DNA from: Candidatus Microgenomatus sp.
GTDB lineage: Bacteria; Patescibacteriota; Microgenomatia; UBA8517
Direction: 5' to 3'
Length of the DNA: 64,000 nucleotides
NCBI GenBank assembly: GCA_020724555.1
Contig: DYGT01000003.1
Span: 21,415 to 85,414 of the forward strand
Shown: piece after piece, positions 30,460 to 38,995 of the stretch
Layout of the letters: every line of letters begins with the position of its first letter
Position numbering within the stretch: position 1 is the first letter of the stretch
Notes under the pieces: generated by a model
Database searches by the model: none
What the model was told of the DNA's origin: nothing
Seen by the model: the letters and a program-made list of their open reading frames with translations, nothing else
Program-made: the position numbers and the translations under genes

Positions 30460-30479
30460 CGCTTGTAAGAAAATTTTTT

Positions 30480-30622
30480 GCCTAGGGGAGCACGGTATTT
30501 TGATACGGGCTCCCCCCGGACCTCTCGGCTGCATTTAATCAACCTTCCCCGCTGCTTTTCAGCTGAACCAGCACTGGTTCGCGGGTTGGATTGAGCCGAG
30601 AGAGAACTTTCGTCCTCTAAGC
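30480..30622 (-). ncRNA. Candidate ~143-nt structured RNA with a degenerate SRP-like core
   Basis: GC-rich intergenic island with nested stems (30522-30530/30594-30602; 30485-30491/30509-30515; end-pairing 30480-30485/30617-30622) and its own promoter TTGAAA-16-TATAAT (30653-30626). Confidence 0.65.
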
Positions 30623-30649
30623 GCAATTATAGAAAGAATTTTATTTTTT

Positions 30650-33592
30650 TCAAGAGTGGATAGCATTTTGACGCGCTAAGTCTTCGCTGCAAAACATGGC
30701 ATATTCGCAATTATTCAGACAATAATAATGCCCAGAACAGGAAAAATCAGAAGATTCTATTTGCGCTTTTAGGCTAAACAGCTCATCTTCCAATTGTCTT
30801 AGTTGAACTTTTGTTCTGGTGGTTGTAATTTTTTTCTGCTCTTCAAAGTAATACAAGGACAGCTTGATTTGTTCGGGCTTTAGGCCCAAAAAGGGGGGCT
30901 CTTTTATTTTTGTTGCCGCCAGAGCGTATAGCGTGAGCTGCATATTTTTGTCCACGTCTTTCTGGCTAGGCACATTTTCTACGGTTTTATAATCAATAAT
31001 TTCAATGCCACCTTTTGTCTTATCCACCCGATCCATGGTGCCGCCAATTTTTAGCTGAATCTTCTTTTTACCCTCATTTTTAAGCAAAGGAATAACAAAA
31101 GGGTGCTCTAAAAGCAGCGGAAATTTATCTGGTTCAAAGCGTTTTTTAAAATATTGGGTCAGCATTTTTTCTGCGCTTTGGTAAACGGTTGTTTCATGGG
31201 TTTTACTTTGGTAACCAAGCCTAATCCAATTATCCTTAAGGCAGTCAATTATCAAACTTTGTGTAGGCTTAACCCCGGCTTTTACCGCGGCATAAAAATC
31301 TCTCAAGGCTGCATGCATACTGGAACCGAAACTCAGTTCTGCGGCAGGAGGGGTGGGAATATTTAAAATATACCTTAATTTGTAATGAAGCGGGCAAAGC
31401 TGAAAAGTGTTTATCTGTGAATATGATAAATAATGTACATGATGATGAGTAAGACTGTCTTTTCTCTCTTTTCTCTTTTTTAGCTTATGATTATTTTTAT
31501 AATCCACAAGACTGAGCTGTTGGCTTGCCACGCCCTCTTGGGAGACCACGTCACTGCCTAGTGCCTCAAAAATAAATTGGCTTAATTTCTTTTTGCGTTT
31601 TTCCTTACCATAATAATCAGAGGCAGTAAAATAAAGCCTATCTTTCGCCCTGGTCATCCCAACATAAAACAGCCGCCTTTCTTCCTGCAGCTGAAAATTA
31701 CCGGATGGTAAGGTTTCGGCAATTAGATCCACAGGAATAGGTAAAAGTTCTGACCGTGCCCGGGTGGGAAAGCGCTCGCTCACCAGGTTCACTAAAAAAA
31801 CAACCGGAAATTCAAGACCTTTGGCGGCATGAACAGTGAGAATGTTTACGGCATTAACCTGAGTCCAATCTTCCCCCGCGGTCAAAGGGGATTCGCCAAG
31901 CTCCAAAGATAGTTCAATCCAATCAACCACTGCAGCTACGCTTGCATCATCGTGTTGGACCTCGTAGCCTTTTAGTTTGTCAAACAAGCGCGAAATATTA
32001 TCCGCACTTTTTTGCACATTTGGAGTGTCCGGACGCAGCAAAGTTTTTAGATAACCGGTTTTGTCTAAAAAATCGTATAAAATCTGCCCTGCAGTTTCAT
32101 CTCTCATCTTTCTTAAGTGGGTATTTATTAAAGACAAAATTTCTTCTATTTTGTCTTTGGTACTTTTGCTGATTTTTATTTTGTCCAATTCCTCACAGGC
32201 TTCAAATAAAGTTAGATTGTATTTTTTAGAGTAACTTAATATGGCTGCCAAATCCCGCTCTTTTAAATTAAAATGCTTAAAGTTTAAAACCCTATAAAGG
32301 CTGAGCGAATCTTCAGGGTCATAAAGAACTTTTAAATATGAAATCAGATCCACTATTTCCGGTTCTTTAAAAAGTTTTCCCGGACCCAAAAACTGGTATG
32401 GTATGCCAAGCCTGTCAAAAGCTTTTAAAAAGCCGTCCGCGTGATTGTTGGCCCTTACTAAAATTGCAATGTCGCCATAATCATAACCGTTTTCTACTAA
32501 ATTTTGGATTTCCTGCCCCACATATTCTGACTCGTTTTCAAGCTTTTGTGCGTGTATAAACTGTATTGGCTCTCCTTTTTGTGTTTTTGCGGACGATATA
32601 AGCTTTTTATCAATATTTTCCACCACCTCAAGCCTATCCGGGTTGTTAAATCGGATCAGATTGTAGGCGTGGTCCAAAATAGTCTGAGTTGAGCGGTAAT
32701 TTTTGGTTAAAACCACCATTTTGCTTTCCGGGTAATCACGGCGAAATTGCAAAATGTTGGAAACGGCCGCACCGCGAAAACGGTATATGCTTTGGTCGTC
32801 GTCTCCCGTGGCCATAATATTCGCGCTACTGCCGGCAAGAATTTTTGCCAACTGATACTGGGAAAAATTAACATCCTGAAATTCATCTACTAAAACATAG
32901 CGGAATTGTTTTTGGTAGCGCGCCAGCACATTCGGACGGGTACGAAAAAGCTCTAAAGTTTTAACAATTAAATCACCAAAATCCATAACGCCTTCCGAGA
33001 TTTTAAGCTCTTCATAAGTCTTATATGCTTTTGCTAATTCAAGTATTTCCGCTGCTTCAGATTTCTCGCTTTCTCCATTAGTATTTTCCAAACTATTTGC
33101 ATAATCTAAATATTTTTTTACACTCACGTCTTCATCCTGCAGACGGGAAAAATGGGTGAGCATCGCCGAAATAAATTTGGTAGGATTTCCGCGCGGCCTG
33201 AAATAATCAAGCTCAAAATCATAGATATGTTGGCGGACCAGCTGGGTCGCTTCTGCCTCACTTGCAAGTTTAAAGCGGGGGTCAAGTCCGATGTGTAGCG
33301 CCTCCTCACGCAGTATTTGGTCACAAAAACTATGAAATGTCATAATCCACATATTGGTATAGCCGTAAGGCAGGGCAATATCTACCCGCTCTTCCATCTC
33401 GCGTGCGGCTTTTTCAGTAAAAGTCAAAGCCAATATTTCGTTTATGCTTACACTACCTTTCTCAATAAGTCTACAGACCCTCTCGGTTACTACGGTTGTT
33501 TTACCTGTGCCAGCTCCGGCAATCACAAGAAGCGGACCGCGGTCGTGTTCAATCGCTTTGATTTGCTCGGCGTTTAATTTTTTTGCAGCCAT
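30650..33592 (-). CDS. UvrD-like SF1A helicase fused to a C-terminal PD-(D/E)XK nuclease (AddA/AdnB-like)
   Basis: IAGAGTGKT, VDEFQD, EERRLFYVGMTRA; C-terminal LSYSQI..CP, GTMDRVD, IIDYKT, QLTLY and a Cys cluster. Confidence 0.9.
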   Translation of the reverse strand: MAAKKLNAEQIKAIEHDRGPLLVIAGAGTGKTTVVTERVCRLIEKGSVSINEILALTFTEKAAREMEERVDIALPYGYTNMWIMTFHSFCDQILREEALHIGLDPRFKLASEAEATQLVRQHIYDFELDYFRPRGNPTKFISAMLTHFSRLQDEDVSVKKYLDYANSLENTNGESEKSEAAEILELAKAYKTYEELKISEGVMDFGDLIVKTLELFRTRPNVLARYQKQFRYVLVDEFQDVNFSQYQLAKILAGSSANIMATGDDDQSIYRFRGAAVSNILQFRRDYPESKMVVLTKNYRSTQTILDHAYNLIRFNNPDRLEVVENIDKKLISSAKTQKGEPIQFIHAQKLENESEYVGQEIQNLVENGYDYGDIAILVRANNHADGFLKAFDRLGIPYQFLGPGKLFKEPEIVDLISYLKVLYDPEDSLSLYRVLNFKHFNLKERDLAAILSYSKKYNLTLFEACEELDKIKISKSTKDKIEEILSLINTHLRKMRDETAGQILYDFLDKTGYLKTLLRPDTPNVQKSADNISRLFDKLKGYEVQHDDASVAAVVDWIELSLELGESPLTAGEDWTQVNAVNILTVHAAKGLEFPVVFLVNLVSERFPTRARSELLPIPVDLIAETLPSGNFQLQEERRLFYVGMTRAKDRLYFTASDYYGKEKRKKKLSQFIFEALGSDVVSQEGVASQQLSLVDYKNNHKLKKRKERKDSLTHHHVHYLSYSQINTFQLCPLHYKLRYILNIPTPPAAELSFGSSMHAALRDFYAAVKAGVKPTQSLIIDCLKDNWIRLGYQSKTHETTVYQSAEKMLTQYFKKRFEPDKFPLLLEHPFVIPLLKNEGKKKIQLKIGGTMDRVDKTKGGIEIIDYKTVENVPSQKDVDKNMQLTLYALAATKIKEPPFLGLKPEQIKLSLYYFEEQKKITTTRTKVQLRQLEDELFSLKAQIESSDFSCSGHYYCLNNCEYAMFCSEDLARQNAIHS

Positions 33593-33594
33593 TT

Positions 33595-34599
33595 TTAATC
33601 CTCAAGTTTTTTTGCTTCATCTTGCATTCCTTCCCCCAAGGTCTGCGTGGAATTTATTTTTTGGCCTAATTGGGAAAAAGCTGAGTAAACATTAGCCATC
33701 ATGTTATAGGCATTGTTTAAATGCCGCTGAAGCGTGGAAAGGCCATCTTCCACTCTGGCATAGTCCTTTTGAATAGCGCGGAGCGAAGACACCACTTCAC
33801 GCGCTTTTGCTTCGATTTTTTGTCCTTCAAAACTCATAAGAATGGCGCGCAAATAAGCATAAAAAGTGGTGGGGGAAACAGGAAGCACACGCCGGTCGGC
33901 TGCATATTCAAATAATTCAGTATCATTGACAATCTCGTAATATACCGCCTCCGACGGCACATACATCAAAGCGTAATCAATCGTCCCCTCATCCGTTAAA
34001 ATATATTTTTGCGATATGGCGCGGATGTGTCCGCGGACGTCGTTAATAAACTGACGCCTGATAACTTCTTTTTCTTTTTGCGTATCGCTTGCCGACATTT
34101 TTCGAAAATTCTCCATAGGAAACTTGGAGTCAATCGGGACGATCCCTGCACTGGTTTCTATGGCGGCATCCACTTTTTCACCGGAACGAAATGAATATTG
34201 CAGATGAAAACTTTGCTTGGGAAGCATTTGCTCTAAAAGCTCCTTTAGCACTTGCTCACCGATATTACCCCTTAACTTCGGGCTTTGTAAAAACTCCTGC
34301 AGATCCTTCATGCTGCGCCCGATTTCACTCATCTCGCCTATGTTTTTTTGAACGTCTGAAATTACCCGCGCCGCATTATCGAGCCTTTCGTTTAACACTT
34401 TAGTGGACTCGTGCATACGCTCATTAAAAGTTCTATTTTGTTCATCGAGACGCATATTGGTAGTTTTTAGATATTCCAAAAGTTCGTCTGAGGGTTTATT
34501 TTGGCCGGCCATCTCAGTGATTTTCTTATTAATCCATAAGAACAAGGCCACCACCCCGGCCACTAAAACAACTAATACAACTAATAGGGAATTATCCAT
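33595..34599 (-). CDS. rmuC: DNA recombination protein RmuC
   Basis: N-terminal TM, coiled coil, KLRGNIGE, PIDSKFP, YALMYVPSEAVY; start at ATG 34599. Confidence 0.9.
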   Translation of the reverse strand: MDNSLLVVLVVLVAGVVALFLWINKKITEMAGQNKPSDELLEYLKTTNMRLDEQNRTFNERMHESTKVLNERLDNAARVISDVQKNIGEMSEIGRSMKDLQEFLQSPKLRGNIGEQVLKELLEQMLPKQSFHLQYSFRSGEKVDAAIETSAGIVPIDSKFPMENFRKMSASDTQKEKEVIRRQFINDVRGHIRAISQKYILTDEGTIDYALMYVPSEAVYYEIVNDTELFEYAADRRVLPVSPTTFYAYLRAILMSFEGQKIEAKAREVVSSLRAIQKDYARVEDGLSTLQRHLNNAYNMMANVYSAFSQLGQKINSTQTLGEGMQDEAKKLED

Positions 34600-34637
34600 T
34601 GGATCCCATTGTACCAAGTCTTGAGTTACAATGAAAT

Positions 34638-34982
34638 ATGCCCAAAAAAAAGATAGTAAATAGACAAAAGGAAGTCAAACTCAGAAAAAATGTCTTTCCC
34701 GCGATAGTCTTGACAATAATATTTTGGTTTTTATTGGCATTTACTGTCCTGGCTATCCCTCCCACAAACAGTTTTGCTGTGCTTCTATTTTTTATTTTAA
34801 GCTTTTTAAGCATTTTTTTTACCGGTTCTTTATTACTGGGAAACTCAAGGCGTGGCTTACTGCTTTCAGGAGCTGTGGTTATTTTTTTATTCCTGCGCTA
34901 CTTGGGGATCGGAAATTTTATTAACTTTATTCTGATTTTTGCTTTAGCCATTATTTTGGAAATATACATCTCATCTACTTGA
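34638..34982 (+). CDS. Small multi-TM hypothetical protein
   Basis: Hydrophobic ORF; TACAAT lies 5 nt before the ATG. Confidence 0.75.
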   Translation: MPKKKIVNRQKEVKLRKNVFPAIVLTIIFWFLLAFTVLAIPPTNSFAVLLFFILSFLSIFFTGSLLLGNSRRGLLLSGAVVIFLFLRYLGIGNFINFILIFALAIILEIYISST

Positions 34983-35054
34983 CGATTTGATATTGATTGT
35001 TATACTTCAATTAAATAAACTAGAAGATTGAATAAACTAGAAATAAATATAAAC

Positions 35055-35408
35055 ATGCGTGTTTCTAAACAAAACTTAAATAGATCGCTAAAAAAAGAAA
35101 TCGAGAACACCTTTATCCAACTCATTGCTGATTTAAATAATGAAAGCAAGGTTAAAGAATTTATGGGCGATTTTCTGACTCCGGCAGAAATGGAAACTTT
35201 TGCCAAAAGGCTGGCTATAGCTTACTGGCTTAAAAAGGGCAGAAGTTATGCCAATATCAGGGAAAACTTAAAAGTTAGCAGCGCTACTATAGCAACTGTG
35301 CAAAATATGATGGTTAACACCGGTTTCCAAAAAGGCCTTAAAGAAGTGGAAGCAGACGAATGGGCAAACCTTTGGGAACAAAAAATTAAAAAATTTGTCG
35401 GCAAATAA
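35055..35408 (+). CDS. TrpR-like (YerC/YecD family) HTH protein
   Basis: DFLTPAEMETFAKRLAIA...SYANIRENLKVSSATIA. Confidence 0.85.
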   Translation: MRVSKQNLNRSLKKEIENTFIQLIADLNNESKVKEFMGDFLTPAEMETFAKRLAIAYWLKKGRSYANIRENLKVSSATIATVQNMMVNTGFQKGLKEVEADEWANLWEQKIKKFVGK

Positions 35409-35462
35409 CATTATAACTATTTGCCAAGATAATATTGGTCCATTTTTGCTAAAATACTTCAT

Positions 35463-36869
35463 ATGGAGAAAAATTTTTATATTACAACCACACTACCTTA
35501 CGTCAATGCAGATCCGCATCTTGGCTTTGCCTTAGAAATCGTCCAGGCGGATGTTATTGCCCGTTATCACAGATTAATCGGAGACAAAGTGATTTTTAAC
35601 TTTGGCACGGATGAACACGGCCAAAAAATATACCAAAAAGCACGAGAGGAAAACAAAAACCCCAAAGATTATGTCGACGAATACGCCGCAAAATTTAATA
35701 AGCTTAAAAAAGCCCTTAACTTAAGCTACACCAATTTTATTAGGACAACGGATGAAAGCCATATAAAAGCGGCACAAAAATTTTGGGAAATATGCAAAAA
35801 AAACGGAGATATCTATAAAAAAAACTATAAAACCAAATACTGCGTCGGGTGCGAGCTTGAAAAAACCGATTCAGAACTCGTTGGGGGAAAGTGCCCTCTG
35901 CATCCAAATATAGAGCTTGAAATTATAGAGGAAAAAAATTATTTCTTTCGCTTTTCCAAATACCAAGATAAACTTTTAAAATTTTATGAATCTCACCCGG
36001 ATTTTGTGGTTCCGGGCTTTCGCTTTAAGGAAATAAAACAATTTGTTGAAAAAGGCCTGAAAGATTTCAGTATTTCACGGCTCAAAGAAAAAATGCCGTG
36101 GGGAATAGATGTACCGGATGATCCGGACCAGGTGATGTATGTTTGGTTTGATGCTTTAATTAATTATATTTCCACCCTGGGGTGGCCGGAAAAAAATATT
36201 GATGATTATTGGCCCGGTATTCAACTATGCGGCAAAGACAACCTCCGGCAGCAAACAGCCATTTGGCAGGCGATGCTTATGTCCGCAAATATCGCCAATA
36301 CCAAGCAGGTGTTTGTCCACGGCTTTATCTCCCTGAACGGACAAAAAATGAGTAAAACCACGGGAAACGTAATTTACCCGGATAACTTAACAGAAAAGTA
36401 TGGAACGGATTCAGTCCGCTATTATCTTCTGGCACACGTCCACCCGATAGAAGACTCAGACTTTACCATGGAAAAATTTGAAAAAGCATACACCGCCGAC
36501 CTTGCAAACGGCTTGGGGAACCTCGTTTCCCGGGTAACAGCTATGGCGCAAAATTACAAAATATCCAGCAAAAACCCCACCCAATTGACTAAAAAGGTAG
36601 AAAATAATTTAAAAAAATACCGTTTCGATAAAGCCTTAAACAATATTTGGGATAATATTAGTGCGTCAGATAGTTTAATTAATAAAACTGAGGTTTGGAG
36701 TCTAAAAGAAGATAAAAAAATTACCATACTAACCGATTTAATTAATCAAATTAGGCAAATATCTTACGATCTTACCCCTTTTTTGCCGGATACTGCTGAA
36801 TTCATTAACAAACAATTGTCATCACCAAAGATAAGAAAAAACAAACCACTGTTTCCCCGCTTAAATTAA
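35463..36869 (+). CDS. metG: Methionine--tRNA ligase (short form)
   Basis: YITTTLPYVNADPHLG, GTDEHG, YVWFDAL, KMSKT. Confidence 0.96.
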   Translation: MEKNFYITTTLPYVNADPHLGFALEIVQADVIARYHRLIGDKVIFNFGTDEHGQKIYQKAREENKNPKDYVDEYAAKFNKLKKALNLSYTNFIRTTDESHIKAAQKFWEICKKNGDIYKKNYKTKYCVGCELEKTDSELVGGKCPLHPNIELEIIEEKNYFFRFSKYQDKLLKFYESHPDFVVPGFRFKEIKQFVEKGLKDFSISRLKEKMPWGIDVPDDPDQVMYVWFDALINYISTLGWPEKNIDDYWPGIQLCGKDNLRQQTAIWQAMLMSANIANTKQVFVHGFISLNGQKMSKTTGNVIYPDNLTEKYGTDSVRYYLLAHVHPIEDSDFTMEKFEKAYTADLANGLGNLVSRVTAMAQNYKISSKNPTQLTKKVENNLKKYRFDKALNNIWDNISASDSLINKTEVWSLKEDKKITILTDLINQIRQISYDLTPFLPDTAEFINKQLSSPKIRKNKPLFPRLN

Positions 36870-38363
36870 ATGCTTAAAAAATTTTTAATCAAACACGAAA
36901 AAAAGGCGCTTCGGTTTTTTGAAATTTTACCTGGGTTAATATCCTGGAACCTAATTCTTTTCCCTTACTGGGGGATATTTGTTATACCTAATATAGTTGC
37001 TTACTTTATACTTATATTTAATGCCTATTGGTTTTACCAGGCATTTGGCATAGCATTCACCTCCGTTTTATCGCACATGCGTATCCAAGCTTCCATGCAT
37101 TACGATTGGATGGGGGACCTTAAAAAATTTCCGGATTGGCAAAAGGTGCACCACGTTGTCATAATTCCAACCTACAAAGAACCTCTTTACATCCTTAAGC
37201 GTACAGTGGCATCGCTCGCCGCCCAAGAACTTCCTGGAAAACAAATAACCGTCGTCTTGGCTACAGAATTTAAAGAGGATAAAAAAGAGCGGGAAAAGAA
37301 AGCCCGGGCGCTTCAAAAAAAATATGGTGACAAATTCGCTAATTTTATCATTACTGTTCATAAACTAGCCCCGGGTGAGGCGGTCGGTAAATCTTCAAAC
37401 GAGCGTTATGCTGCCCTTGAGGCTAAACGCATTTTAATTACCGAGGGCAAAATGAACATCAATTACATGACCGTAACAAGTTGTGACGCAGACCACGTAT
37501 TTCACCCTAAACACTATTCGTCCCTTACTTTTAAATTTTTAGACAACCCAGACCGCTACCGTTATTTTTGGCAACCGGCCGTACTTTTGTACAACAACAT
37601 CTGGAAGCTGCCTGCCATCACCAGAGTTCCCAACACTCTTGCTTCTATTTTTATCCTATCCATGCTACCCCGGCGTGACCGTTTAATTAACCAGCAAAAC
37701 TACACTTTATCGTTTAAACTATTGGATAAAACAGGCTACTGGGATCCGGACAGAATTCCCGAGGACTGGGGTATTTTTTTCAAAGCCTTTTTTGCCAATA
37801 AAGGCAAAATTGAGGTGGAACCGATTTATCTTCCGCTCTACGCCGACGCCATGCAATCCACGAGCCATTGGCGGACATTAAAGGGGCAATATTCCCAGGT
37901 AAAACGTTGGGCCTGGGGAGTATCTGATTCGTCTTGGATTATTTACAATTATTTAATCACTCCCGGGATATCCTTTTGGGATAAAACTACCCGCGTAAGC
38001 ACTTTTATTCACGGCCATTTCCTATGGCCGGTGCATTGGTTTGTGATCACAATAGGAATAAGCTTACCCATCATCATTAACCCCGCTTTTGGGAGAACCA
38101 CTCTGGGATACTTAACGCCAAAAATCTCTTCGCTTATTTTGACCATTGCTTTGGTATTTTTAGTTGTGATGTTGATCTTAGATTACATTTATAAACCAAA
38201 GCGCCCCAAAGATTTTCCTCTCTGGCGGGCGCTTTTGGTACCTTTGGAATTTGTTCTCATGCCGGTGGCTACATTCTTTTTTACCACTCTTCCCGGCCTT
38301 GACGCCCACACCCGCTTGATGCTAGGCAAATACATCGAATACAAAGTTACGGAGAAAGTTTAA
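36870..38363 (+). CDS. Membrane-bound GT2 glycosyltransferase
   Basis: IIPTYKE, CDAD, PED, QVKRW (QxxRW); flanking TMs. Confidence 0.88.
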   Translation: MLKKFLIKHEKKALRFFEILPGLISWNLILFPYWGIFVIPNIVAYFILIFNAYWFYQAFGIAFTSVLSHMRIQASMHYDWMGDLKKFPDWQKVHHVVIIPTYKEPLYILKRTVASLAAQELPGKQITVVLATEFKEDKKEREKKARALQKKYGDKFANFIITVHKLAPGEAVGKSSNERYAALEAKRILITEGKMNINYMTVTSCDADHVFHPKHYSSLTFKFLDNPDRYRYFWQPAVLLYNNIWKLPAITRVPNTLASIFILSMLPRRDRLINQQNYTLSFKLLDKTGYWDPDRIPEDWGIFFKAFFANKGKIEVEPIYLPLYADAMQSTSHWRTLKGQYSQVKRWAWGVSDSSWIIYNYLITPGISFWDKTTRVSTFIHGHFLWPVHWFVITIGISLPIIINPAFGRTTLGYLTPKISSLILTIALVFLVVMLILDYIYKPKRPKDFPLWRALLVPLEFVLMPVATFFFTTLPGLDAHTRLMLGKYIEYKVTEKV

Positions 38364-38810
38364 CTAAAGCCATAAATTAAATAAATAAACTGTAGTGATT
38401 ACTGAAACTACGGTAATTACCTGACAGGTGATTTGATAGATAAACCAGATAGTATATTCATCATTGAAAATTTTATAGCCGGGCAGGGATTTGCCTGGCA
38501 TACGTTTAACCTCAGAAAATTGCTGATTGAAATAATAAATTGTTTCCCCAACGCTTCGCACAAGCCAAAAAACAGAAAAAATAAGCAAAAACAAAACCCA
38601 GTCATTTAAAGCCAAGCTAACAATCGCAGCTCCCAACCAAAACAGACCAAATATTACTCCATCTGCCCAAACAAATATTCCCAGAGGCAAGAGGGGATAG
38701 GTGATCCCCAGATTATTATTTTTATACTTACATTGATAGAGGCTAAAAATAAAAACCAGAAAATTAAATACGGCAAAAAGAGTTATAGATAAATTTTGCA
38801 AACTGGTCAT
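38364..38810 (-). CDS. Hypothetical multi-TM membrane protein
   Basis: Start placed at ATG 38810 (TATAAT 6 nt upstream); the track's longer N-terminus runs through the duplicated segment. Confidence 0.75.
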   Translation of the reverse strand: MTSLQNLSITLFAVFNFLVFIFSLYQCKYKNNNLGITYPLLPLGIFVWADGVIFGLFWLGAAIVSLALNDWVLFLLIFSVFWLVRSVGETIYYFNQQFSEVKRMPGKSLPGYKIFNDEYTIWFIYQITCQVITVVSVITTVYLFNLWL

Positions 38811-38837
38811 GGTTGTATTATATACAAAAATTGCTTT

Positions 38838-38950
38838 CCCCAAATCATAGAAATCATCCGCCGCGACACTTCTCCGCCTTTGTACAATATCACCGAACAC
38901 CTAGCTTTCAGACTCTTTGGCGTCAGCGAAATTACCATCCCGCGGGCTTT
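38838..38950 (+). repeat. Direct repeat copy 1: orphan fragment of the downstream GT-C gene
   Basis: Identical to 41264-41375 except for one extra C near 38941. Confidence 0.95.
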
Positions 38951-38995
38951 ACGCCATTATGCACCAATTATTAATCTGGCGCGGGTTAAGAGAAG

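Noticed and set aside
30516-30616. Hammerhead ribozyme, suggested by GGACGAAA...GUCC on the minus strand
   Set aside because: The required CUGANGA core is absent (the sequence reads CCGAGAG).
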